From IMG/VR virus record IMGVR_UViG_3300044641_005618: a DNA stretch of 64,000 bases; one strand, 5' to 3'. The DNA is from a virus (taxonomy: Duplodnaviria; Caudoviricetes). Under the pieces are notes generated by a model, which had not been told where the DNA came from, made no database searches, and saw only the letters and a list, made by a program, of their open reading frames with translations. Both the position numbers and the translations under genes were made by a program. Below are positions 17,099-25,069 of this stretch, piece after piece; position 1 is the first letter of the stretch, and every line of letters starts with the position of its first letter.

Positions 17099-19042
17099 TT
17101 AAGCCTCGCAGCTTTTGCATTCGTTGTAAGCGCCGTCTGAATCGTCATGGGCGCTGACCGTCTCGGTGTTATTCGATTGTTTGTATGCTATGTAGTCGGT
17201 ATAACCTCCAATGTGTTTCTTGAAAAGCCACAGTTGGGGTACAGTTGTCCACTCAGGGTTCCAGAAGCCTTTCTCCTCCGCTTCCACTTTAGTAATTTCT
17301 TCGTACCGAACTCCCTCCATAGATAGCTCGTTCTTAAGTTTCACACACCACGGACAACCCTCGCGGGTCACAATCAAAGCAGGAACAACTTCTTTATTCG
17401 TAAGAAGGCTGCTTGACTTTAGGTAATAAAGCGACTTTAGCTTCATTTTCCATGCCGCTAGGTGCAGACGAGTAATATACGATGCATCCGACTTCGGGTC
17501 GGGAAACAGATTTAGCGATTGACCCTGACACACGTAGGGTTGCCGATCTGCCGCCTGCTTAATAAGCTCAAACTGGTCTACCTCTCGTGCAGTCTTGAAC
17601 ACCTCTTTCTCGTGCTCAGTTAAGCATTCAACACCCTGAACACTCCCCTTGGCCACTAGAATTTGATCCCAAACTTCCGGACCTACTCCTCGATCGCAGA
17701 AGATTTTTTCAAGGTACTGGTTCTTTCGAACATAAGTGCCCTTGGCTTGTTTGGCGACGTAGTAGTTTCGGTCTCGTGGCTCTATGCCTTCGGTGCCTGC
17801 CCCGCAAATCACACTATTTGTTTTGGTCGGTGCGATCGCGATTAAGTGCGTGTGACGCATTCCGGTGCCCTTGCACCATTCTGGTTCCCCAAACCGCTCG
17901 GCCAACTCCTTCGACGCTTTGACTGCTTCTTCCTTCATCCACCGAGTTGTTTCAACATTCAACGCTCGCGCCCCTTGTGACTTCACGGGTAGTCCATGCA
18001 GTTGATAGAGGGAGTGAAGTCCCATGACTCCCAAGCCAAGAGCACGGCTTTTCTCTGCGAAACGAACGGATCTACCCATGCCAACCTTGTCTTTGGCTTT
18101 GCGTATAAACTCACTAACGACCGCCTCAAGGAAGTGGATCCCAATTTGAGGAACAGTGCGGCCTGAGACAGGGGACTTCCAGTCCTTAAACTCGTCGTAG
18201 CGACTCAGGTTTAAGCTGCTGAGGACGCACACGAATGAGTGGTTCTCGTCAGTGTGTAGGAAGATTTCCGAGCACAAATTACTGGTCTTTACAGTCAGTC
18301 CCCTTTCTTTGTAGCAGTCCGGGTTCTGGTTATTAGCATTGTCAATAAAGATTAGGTACGGGGTCCCCGAGATCATTCTTGTTCTCAAAACCTCTGCGAA
18401 CAACTCATGCTTTTGTTTGTCTCCCTTTATCATGGACTCAACCCACTCGTCGGTTATTGTGAGTGCTATGTTTGAGTCTACCCATGTCCTCGGATCCCCT
18501 TTTGTGTGATCCTTTGCACGAAGCAGTTCTGGAACGTCCGGGTGATCAATAGGCAGGTAAAAAGCGAATGATCCTCTCCTGACTCCCCCTTGGCTCACAA
18601 CTCTCGCACAAATGTCGTATTGCTGCATCCAGGGCACAGCACCAATTGATTTTCCACCCCCGGTTATAGGCGACCCTGCAGGACGAATTTCCCCGAAGTA
18701 GTTGCCCACTCCGCCCCCACTCTTGCTTAGTTGAGCTACTTCTTTTAAGTGTGAGTAGATAGAGGAAATGCTATCTGAAGGGTGAACAGAGAAGCACGAT
18801 ATAGGCTGACCACGGTATGTACCGAAGTTGGAAGCCACCGGACTCGCCGCGCCGATCCATCCGGACCATAGGCAGTGGAACAAGTCTTCGTCTAGTGTCG
18901 GATCTTCGTTTATCTTTGACGCCGTTTTTGCGAGACGGCTAAACATATCCTTCGGAGTCTCACCTACTAATAAGTAGCCATTAGAGAGAGTATGAAGGGC
19001 CTCTTCATTCATCCAATGTGGGCGGGTAAGTTCTGTATTCAT
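17099..19042 (-). CDS. nrdA: class Ia ribonucleotide reductase alpha subunit with an inserted glutaredoxin domain
   Basis: SNLCSEI, CVLSS, APTKTNS; CPWC...TVPQ..IGGY glutaredoxin domain before the terminal CKSC; no N-terminal ATP cone seen. Confidence 0.95.
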   Translation of the reverse strand: MNTELTRPHWMNEEALHTLSNGYLLVGETPKDMFSRLAKTASKINEDPTLDEDLFHCLWSGWIGAASPVASNFGTYRGQPISCFSVHPSDSISSIYSHLKEVAQLSKSGGGVGNYFGEIRPAGSPITGGGKSIGAVPWMQQYDICARVVSQGGVRRGSFAFYLPIDHPDVPELLRAKDHTKGDPRTWVDSNIALTITDEWVESMIKGDKQKHELFAEVLRTRMISGTPYLIFIDNANNQNPDCYKERGLTVKTSNLCSEIFLHTDENHSFVCVLSSLNLSRYDEFKDWKSPVSGRTVPQIGIHFLEAVVSEFIRKAKDKVGMGRSVRFAEKSRALGLGVMGLHSLYQLHGLPVKSQGARALNVETTRWMKEEAVKASKELAERFGEPEWCKGTGMRHTHLIAIAPTKTNSVICGAGTEGIEPRDRNYYVAKQAKGTYVRKNQYLEKIFCDRGVGPEVWDQILVAKGSVQGVECLTEHEKEVFKTAREVDQFELIKQAADRQPYVCQGQSLNLFPDPKSDASYITRLHLAAWKMKLKSLYYLKSSSLLTNKEVVPALIVTREGCPWCVKLKNELSMEGVRYEEITKVEAEEKGFWNPEWTTVPQLWLFKKHIGGYTDYIAYKQSNNTETVSAHDDSDGAYNECKSCEA

Positions 19043-19078
19043 AGTGATTTCAAGAGTTAAGAATGTGGTTGTAGCGTA

Positions 19079-20059
19079 TTACACCAAGTCTAGAACCAGA
19101 TCCTTTAAGTTAACTCTCAAAAAGTCCTGAGTCGGTTTTGCAACGTAGGCGTCCCCCGACTTTGCTTGAGCGAAAACGTCTGTACTTGTCGCGCCTGCAG
19201 CAATAGGGTCGAACCACTGTTTAATCCTGTTCGCAGACTCTATGTCGACTTGGAACAAGGGTACGGATATTCCAAGCTTAGTCAACCTGTCGTTTGCTCG
19301 CCAGCGAAGATAATGCTTCGTGTCCTGCAGAGTAATGGTGTCGAGAGTACGTCCTTCAAAGATCTGGTTAAGGAACGCATCCTCATTTCGGAGTACCGCG
19401 TCAAACCCTTGGAAAATCGCCTCGGCCTCACTAGGGGTTAACGGGTCCTCCTTGATTAGCTCACGAAAGAGTTGTATTCCGGTATCGCTGTGCTGTTGCT
19501 CGTCTTGAATTGACCATGATATAATTTGCGATAGCCCTCTGTACCTTCCGTTGAGATTCAAGGAAAGAAGGACTGCGAAGGAAGAAAACAGCGAGACACC
19601 CTCGGCAGCGCCACTGAATACCGCGAGGGACTCTTTAATGTTTTTCTTTCCTAGAAAGAACCCAATCTTTTGACGGGCTATGGGGTCACCAAGGAAAGCC
19701 TCAAATTCGTCTAGACCCAGGGTGTCCGATAAGAGATTATATGCTTCGGCGTGAACAACTTCAGAGAAAGCAAAGGTTCGAGCCACTGCCGCAATCTCAT
19801 GTTTAGGAAACCACTCCGGAATCTTTGACCAGTAGTCCCCAATGTGTGTCTCAAGAATGGTGAAACCACGCAAAATTCCCCCAACAATCTCACGTTCGCT
19901 TTGAGTTGCACTTTGCCAGTCTCGAACATCACTTTCAAATTGTGCTTCTTCAGGACCCCAAAGAGAAAGGCGAGCTTTCTGATAAGTTTTGAAAAAATCA
20001 GGGTATTCAAATTCCCCGTTAAGTTTGTAGGCTTCTCGATACTGAGTTATGCTTGGCAT
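19079..20059 (-). CDS. nrdB: class Ia ribonucleotide reductase beta subunit
   Basis: Diiron motifs ETHIGDYW, EVVHAEAY, EGVSLFSSF, DEQQH. Confidence 0.95.
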   Translation of the reverse strand: MPSITQYREAYKLNGEFEYPDFFKTYQKARLSLWGPEEAQFESDVRDWQSATQSEREIVGGILRGFTILETHIGDYWSKIPEWFPKHEIAAVARTFAFSEVVHAEAYNLLSDTLGLDEFEAFLGDPIARQKIGFFLGKKNIKESLAVFSGAAEGVSLFSSFAVLLSLNLNGRYRGLSQIISWSIQDEQQHSDTGIQLFRELIKEDPLTPSEAEAIFQGFDAVLRNEDAFLNQIFEGRTLDTITLQDTKHYLRWRANDRLTKLGISVPLFQVDIESANRIKQWFDPIAAGATSTDVFAQAKSGDAYVAKPTQDFLRVNLKDLVLDLV

Positions 20060-20657
20060 TTAGTCGTTCTAAGCGTTTGCGTTCTTTTTCTGCGAGATAT
20101 CTGTCTCGTGCAGGTTTGTGTTTTTCATGGCTCCACCACTCGGGTTGGTTTCCGTGTTTCCAAACAGCGTACCCTTTCTCGCCCATTAGGTAATTTCGGT
20201 ACGCTTGAACCGGGTTTGCTGGATCTTTGTACTGGTCCGGCATAGCTTGAACGAACGGTGAGTGGTCTCTCGAACTCGCCGCGTTGAAGTTTTTGTAGAG
20301 CAAGGTCCGAACTTCATCTAAGCCGAACAAAGCACCGTGGTATTTGTTGTATCGTTCCCAGTACTCCTGAGCCATACCGAAAGCGTGCTCCACGACCCAG
20401 TGAACATTGGCTGGCGTTTCGTACAGCCACTTTGAACAGGGGTGGTAAGCGAAACCTTTCGTCCCGTAGAACAACTTTTCAGACTCCAGGAGAGCCAGTT
20501 GCCTATTGAGTCCGGGCTTCTCGATTTTCACCTCAAAGGTGTTAAACGCCCAAGGTGCCAGTAACTGCAAGCTCTCAGTCGTCATTTTTACGACGAGCTT
20601 GTCAGGCAGGGATGCTCCCGCGATTTGCGGGTCTTCATGCACTGCAAAGATGTTCAT
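20019..20657 (-). CDS. pyrimidine-dimer DNA glycosylase-like protein
   Basis: MNIF....DP..A...L.DK.VVKM..E..QLL, HPC..W, EY..RY.K.H, QAMPDQYK, AYR.Y. Confidence 0.7.
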   Translation of the reverse strand: MNIFAVHEDPQIAGASLPDKLVVKMTTESLQLLAPWAFNTFEVKIEKPGLNRQLALLESEKLFYGTKGFAYHPCSKWLYETPANVHWVVEHAFGMAQEYWERYNKYHGALFGLDEVRTLLYKNFNAASSRDHSPFVQAMPDQYKDPANPVQAYRNYLMGEKGYAVWKHGNQPEWWSHEKHKPARDRYLAEKERKRLERLNAKHNSVSRSLQT

Positions 20658-20723
20658 TTGTTTCGAACGAAGTAGTTTAGTTTAGCGTGAAAAAAGGTAA
20701 ACTCTTCCGAATTTGTTTCAACC

Positions 20724-20758
20724 AAAGAAAAACCACCCCCGGTTATCCCGAAGGCGGT
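20724..20758 (-). terminator. intrinsic terminator after hli
   Basis: ACCGCCTTCGGG-ATAA-CCGGGGGTGGT followed by a U-rich tract. Confidence 0.6.
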
Positions 20759-20780
20759 CACTCGATCTCTTATAAAGATC

Positions 20781-20984
20781 TCACCAAATTCCTGGTATAA
20801 TTTGCCCAGTGACTGCGTAAGACCCAAGTGCAGCGACTATTCCAATCATCGCCGCTCTCCCATTCATCCTTTCTCCTAAAAAGTCCCAGTCTATCATAGG
20901 CCGGTAGTTTGAGTCTACGGGAGTAATCGGGGGCTCAATTGCAAAGTTGTTGAGCCGACCCTTTTCATCAGAAGTGACTGTCAT
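20781..20984 (-). CDS. hli: high-light-inducible protein
   Basis: ERMNGRAAMIG chlorophyll-binding motif; MTVTS..GRLNNFAIEP N-terminus and GQIIPGIW end typical of cyanophage Hli. Confidence 0.92.
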   Translation of the reverse strand: MTVTSDEKGRLNNFAIEPPITPVDSNYRPMIDWDFLGERMNGRAAMIGIVAALGSYAVTGQIIPGIW

Positions 20985-21047
20985 TTTGTTTGTTCAGTGT
21001 TTAAGTTTAGTGGTTGCTAGAAGAGGTGAAACAGCTTTGTCGTACGG

Positions 21048-21299
21048 TCACAGAGTGGACCCCGAATTCGAGACAACTTGCTCCAAAGGAAGGGTCACCT
21101 CGCCGGACTGCTGGTGCTGGCCCAAAGCAGCTAGGCCCGTGGTGAGATTTTCGTAGTCTTCACCCACGCTCTGCCCTTTTCTCTCGGCTTTTCTGCGCTT
21201 ACGCTCATTCAACCACAGTTGCATGTAAGCAAGTTCACCGGGAGTGTGAAGCTCAGGGTGCTTCAGTGCTTCTTTTACAAGCTTTTTTGCTTTTGTCAT
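21048..21299 (-). CDS. cyanophage-type small hypothetical protein
   Basis: KLVKEALKHPELHTPGELAYM. Confidence 0.6.
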   Translation of the reverse strand: MTKAKKLVKEALKHPELHTPGELAYMQLWLNERKRRKAERKGQSVGEDYENLTTGLAALGQHQQSGEVTLPLEQVVSNSGSTL

Positions 21300-21634
21300 C
21301 GTTTAATCTCCTGAACAGTGAAGAAAGTGCACCCGAGGTGCATGCAAAAGGTTTGTGCAATTTCCGACGAGGACCGCCCGCCGCAGGTGAACACGTCCAC
21401 AGCTGCCTGGCCTTTCTCAGGCCACGTGTGAATCGAAATATGACTCTCAGCAAGCAAGATAATGCCTGTCAAACCTTGCGGGTCAAACTGATGAAGGATC
21501 GGCTCGCTAAGGGCCACCAACTCGTGTTGGAGCACTGTGAGTCTGAACGCATCTCGAAGCCGATCGATGCAATTTAGCTTGTCGAAGTCAGCGTCGAAAA
21601 TGCGAACTAGAGCATGAGTTCCAAGACTTTCCAA
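21296..21634 (-). CDS. speD: S-adenosylmethionine decarboxylase
   Basis: F.PQG.TG..LLAESHISIHTWPE, VDVFTCG. Confidence 0.93.
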   Translation of the reverse strand: MESLGTHALVRIFDADFDKLNCIDRLRDAFRLTVLQHELVALSEPILHQFDPQGLTGIILLAESHISIHTWPEKGQAAVDVFTCGGRSSSEIAQTFCMHLGCTFFTVQEIKR

Positions 21635-21650
21635 TTCATAAATACCTCAA

Positions 21651-22007
21651 TTATTCAGAAGTGTGCTGTTCTAAAATTTGTTTTACCCCCCCTCTTAGTT
21701 CCCTTAGAGACAGGGCACCTTGCAAGAATCCTAGGTACTTTCCCGTTGAACTCAGGAAGAGGTAAGTAGGGAAGTCTATCTCGTAGGTGTCTGAAACTGC
21801 GTAGCGTTCGAGACACTGGTAGATTCGAGTCCGTGTTGCGTTCCCATTAAAGTCTCGAAGGGTGTCAAAGGGTATCTCTTGAAAAGAAACTTCGGGAAAC
21901 CCCTCAAACATGGACTTGTCGAACCGGGACATCGTGTCACAGACTGGACATCCAAGGTCGAACACCTTGGTTACAACAACCGCTGCGTTAGGCTTATTTT
22001 CTGTCAT
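21651..22007 (-). CDS. thioredoxin-fold protein
   Basis: CPVC motif and downstream FPTY cis-Pro loop. Confidence 0.65.
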   Translation of the reverse strand: MTENKPNAAVVVTKVFDLGCPVCDTMSRFDKSMFEGFPEVSFQEIPFDTLRDFNGNATRTRIYQCLERYAVSDTYEIDFPTYLFLSSTGKYLGFLQGALSLRELRGGVKQILEQHTSE

Positions 22008-22016
22008 TATCCCGCC

Positions 22017-22631
22017 TCAAATAAAGTTTCGAAGTTCGGGACTAACCTCACGCACTTTTTTGGTGAAACGTGAAATGTGGCCGTTTGTAGCCTGTTTCGT
22101 AAGCCCATACTTTTGAGCAACTTCCCCCTGTCGCATTGCCTTTCTGCCAAGTAGTCCGAAACGGTCGCAGACGATTTGTGCTCTCTTGCTGTCAAGAGAA
22201 CCACAACCCTTCTTTATAATGTCTGCAATGTCTATGCGAGCAAACTCTTCTTTCAGCTCGTAAGCGTTCGGGTCTTCAAGGTTGTTCGACCAGTCTGACT
22301 GCTCTAAGGATAGCGCAAATTTGGGGTTCTTTTTCTCTTTTCGTGCAGCACCTTGAACCGCACCACGAACATTAGGGTAGATCCACGTCATTGGGCGAAT
22401 ACCTCGCCCGTTGACCCTGTAGTTAAGGTCAAACGTTTTGATAGCCTTTACGATGCCAAGTAAACCCTCTTGAACAAGATCATCGTAGATATAATCGTGA
22501 CCCATAAATTTGTACCTTATAGCAAACTTATGAACAAGGGGTGTGAACTGCTTCAGAGTCTCTGTGACCGCTAGAGAATCTCCTCGAACTGCGTTGTAAA
22601 AGGTTTCGTCTGTGTACATGGTGTTTTTCAA
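22017..22631 (-). CDS. second sigma70-family sigma factor
   Basis: DDLVQEGLLGIVKAIKTFD (region 2), RFGL.G...MRQGEVAQKYGLTKQ (region 4). Confidence 0.85.
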   Translation of the reverse strand: MKNTMYTDETFYNAVRGDSLAVTETLKQFTPLVHKFAIRYKFMGHDYIYDDLVQEGLLGIVKAIKTFDLNYRVNGRGIRPMTWIYPNVRGAVQGAARKEKKNPKFALSLEQSDWSNNLEDPNAYELKEEFARIDIADIIKKGCGSLDSKRAQIVCDRFGLLGRKAMRQGEVAQKYGLTKQATNGHISRFTKKVREVSPELRNFI

Positions 22632-22639
22632 CTACAATA

Positions 22640-22668
22640 AGTATAGCGCCTCTGAGGGGAAAGGCAAA
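22640..22668 (-). promoter_or_regulatory. sigma70-type (early) promoter of the second sigma gene
   Basis: TTTGCC-17 nt-TATACT. Confidence 0.6.
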
Positions 22669-22708
22669 GCCGGTATCCCGGCGTTTTTAGGCGGGTATCC
22701 GCCATCCC

Positions 22709-22936
22709 TCACGCTTGTGAATTGTGATATTCTTCCAAAAGGTCTTTGGAAGGCAATCTTTCGTGGTTTTGCCGCATTACCCAAACGCAAGCTGCTTTCT
22801 GAGTGACCCAAGCCGTGTAGAGCTGCTTAGTCAGTACCTTCAGCTCTTCAAGGTTAGTACAAGAATCAATGTCCCTGTGAAACCTCTCCATCTCAAATGT
22901 TTGGGTTAAAGTCAGGGAGATGGCATCAGAACTCAT
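22709..22936 (-). CDS. nblA: NblA-like protein (cyanophage type)
   Basis: LTLTQTFEMERFHRDIDSCTNLEELKVLTKQLYTAWVTQKAACVWVMRQ; start revised to ATG 22936. Confidence 0.65.
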   Translation of the reverse strand: MSSDAISLTLTQTFEMERFHRDIDSCTNLEELKVLTKQLYTAWVTQKAACVWVMRQNHERLPSKDLLEEYHNSQA

Positions 22937-23435
22937 GGTTTTCGTCAAAGTAAATAACTTGAACACGAACCTCACAAAGAAGGTCGCTTGCAATTTTGAA
23001 ACTGTCGGACCACTTGGACCCGGACAGAACTGGTGCTGGGCAGATAATCTTCTTAACACCTGCCTGAGCGAGCATGCTTGCGCAAGGCGAACACGGATGG
23101 CGAGTTATGTAGGCTGTAGCCCCGAGCAGAGTGGATCCCCTGCGTGTGGCGTCGATTATCGCATTCCGTTCGGCATGAATAATCACCTTGTTCTTGTAAT
23201 CTGAGTCTTTTAGGCGGTGAAGATCATCAGACAGTCCTTCAGGAAAACCGTTGAATCCCTCGCAGATTGCCCTTTTGTCCTTAACCATTACACACCCAAC
23301 TTTTTGCTTCGGGTCTTTACTCCAGGAGGAAATTTCCTGGGCCCGGCGAATAAATCTTCGGTCCCACACAGACAAAAAAGGGTTGATGTCCGGTGTGAAA
23401 TCAGCGATTGTCACCGCTTCCTGAAAGAACACCAC
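22926..23435 (-). CDS. dCMP deaminase
   Basis: SKDP..KVG, HAE..AI, PCSPC zinc motif; start uncertain. Confidence 0.9.
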   Translation of the reverse strand: MVFFQEAVTIADFTPDINPFLSVWDRRFIRRAQEISSWSKDPKQKVGCVMVKDKRAICEGFNGFPEGLSDDLHRLKDSDYKNKVIIHAERNAIIDATRRGSTLLGATAYITRHPCSPCASMLAQAGVKKIICPAPVLSGSKWSDSFKIASDLLCEVRVQVIYFDENHEF

Positions 23436-23730
23436 GTGCGGCTCGAGAGGCTAGCTTGTCCAAGTTCATTTGTGCAATATCCTCAAGGGAATAGTCAATT
23501 TCTGTCGCGAGTTGCGACAAATACCAAAGCACGTCTCCAGCTTCTTTCGCAATTTGGTCTCTCTTTTCATCCGTGATAACTCCCTGGTCGTCTCGAATAA
23601 TCTTCTTAACTTTCTCCGCTATCTCTCCAGTTTCCCCACTCAATCCCAGTGTCGGGTACACGAAATTCGACCCTAGATTAGGATAAACTGCAGTGGCTCG
23701 TGATTTTTCTTGGTAAGTGTTTAGATCCAT
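23401..23730 (-). CDS. mazG: MazG-like nucleoside triphosphate pyrophosphohydrolase
   Basis: LGLSGETGEIAEKVKK, KEAGDVLWY. Confidence 0.9.
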   Translation of the reverse strand: MDLNTYQEKSRATAVYPNLGSNFVYPTLGLSGETGEIAEKVKKIIRDDQGVITDEKRDQIAKEAGDVLWYLSQLATEIDYSLEDIAQMNLDKLASRAARGVLSGSGDNR

Positions 23731-23773
23731 TTTGTTTCAGCTTGTTGAAATGTGTTTGATTGTTTGGGAAGGG

Positions 23774-24274
23774 TTAGTAACTAAACTCAATTTCCTGGAC
23801 TTCGCCTTGCTCAGCCATTGTTCCGTAAGATTTGAAAACGAGCCCGAGGTTAAAGCGAATTGTTGTAGGGATTTTCCCCACAAACTTGGCCACACCCTTC
23901 AGTATGCTCTGAGCTGAAAGAATTTCGTAGTCGAACGTCTCAACGCTAGTCTCAGGGAGAAAGACATTAAGGCTCAAGTGGCCACCATCAGGAAGAAACT
24001 GGTAAGTGGTCTGTCCGACAACTATAGCCCCTTGGTTATCGTTCAGCTGGGAGCGCAAGGTTACTAGCAGTACCATCCACTCAACATTATTATAGTTCCC
24101 CTCAAACGGAGATAGAAGGTCGAAGGTCGAAGGTGAAACCCGGTAGCCGTAGTCAGCTTCAGACTCCGCCACCACTGCAACGTGGCTCAGATGAACTCCG
24201 TAGTGACCGGACTTTCCTCTTTTAACGAGGCTCTCGTTAAGGTAGCTGTGGGGGTCCTTGTAAGTTTGTGCCAT
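23774..24274 (-). CDS. hypothetical protein
   Basis: 166-aa ORF tightly packed on the coding strand. Confidence 0.6.
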   Translation of the reverse strand: MAQTYKDPHSYLNESLVKRGKSGHYGVHLSHVAVVAESEADYGYRVSPSTFDLLSPFEGNYNNVEWMVLLVTLRSQLNDNQGAIVVGQTTYQFLPDGGHLSLNVFLPETSVETFDYEILSAQSILKGVAKFVGKIPTTIRFNLGLVFKSYGTMAEQGEVQEIEFSY

Positions 24275-24818
24275 TTGGTTCAGGATGTTCGTAAACTACG
24301 TAGCCGCCGTTTGTGACGTTTCGGAAAGGGTCGTTTGGGAGCACTTCCGCTGTATTATTGCGAATGCGGTTCTTTCGTAAACTCCCCTCATCGCCGAACT
24401 GAGGGTGCTTTCCGAGCAGGTCCCAGACGTGTCGCTTTGACTCAATGCTGAAAGACCCAAAGTAGCGGTCAACAGCGTTGTTTTCAGACCCTGATGTTGT
24501 TCTCAGGGGGTTGGCTTCTGAAAACGTCTTCTCTCGGGGCTGAGAGAGGTCGTCTCGCGACTTCACTTTACGACTTAAAGATCTCTTCAAGCCGAAAGTA
24601 CCCGACCCATTACCATACCCGCCCTGAGAGTTTATCGGAGTGGGTAGGTCGGGTTGAGACTCTTTCGGATTTTGAAAAAGTTCGTCCATCAGTTCAGAGG
24701 TAAGCGCAAGGAAGGTACGAAAGAGTTCTCGCTCACTTTGCGAACACCGACGATATACCGAGTCGTAAAGTACTGCCCAGGTTCGGGCACCAAGTAGCCG
24801 AATTTCACAATTTGCCAC
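24237..24818 (-). CDS. hypothetical protein
   Basis: 193-aa ORF; start uncertain because it overlaps the upstream ORF. Confidence 0.5.
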   Translation of the reverse strand: MANCEIRLLGARTWAVLYDSVYRRCSQSERELFRTFLALTSELMDELFQNPKESQPDLPTPINSQGGYGNGSGTFGLKRSLSRKVKSRDDLSQPREKTFSEANPLRTTSGSENNAVDRYFGSFSIESKRHVWDLLGKHPQFGDEGSLRKNRIRNNTAEVLPNDPFRNVTNGGYVVYEHPEPNGTNLQGPPQLP

Positions 24819-25069
24819 AGTGACACAAGGTGAAAGGCGTAAGCAAGATGCTCTGTCCCCTCTATGAAGGTCTTCACAAGAAGGCGAGGAGTGTACAACT
24901 CACAGAGACAACTCAGTTCCTGAACCGTTCCAATCTTGTCGTACAACCCTGCGGGGTCATCTGCCAAGACAAAACCCTCGGATTCCAGTTGCTCCTTGAG
25001 CCTAAGTTGCTTTTGGCATTCGTATGTAAAAGAATCCACGAGGGTTTGTTCAGAGTTTTGTATGTTCAT
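24689..25069 (-). CDS. hypothetical protein
   Basis: 126-aa ORF; ATGA overlap with the helicase stop. Confidence 0.65.
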   Translation of the reverse strand: MNIQNSEQTLVDSFTYECQKQLRLKEQLESEGFVLADDPAGLYDKIGTVQELSCLCELYTPRLLVKTFIEGTEHLAYAFHLVSLWQIVKFGYLVPEPGQYFTTRYIVGVRKVSENSFVPSLRLPLN

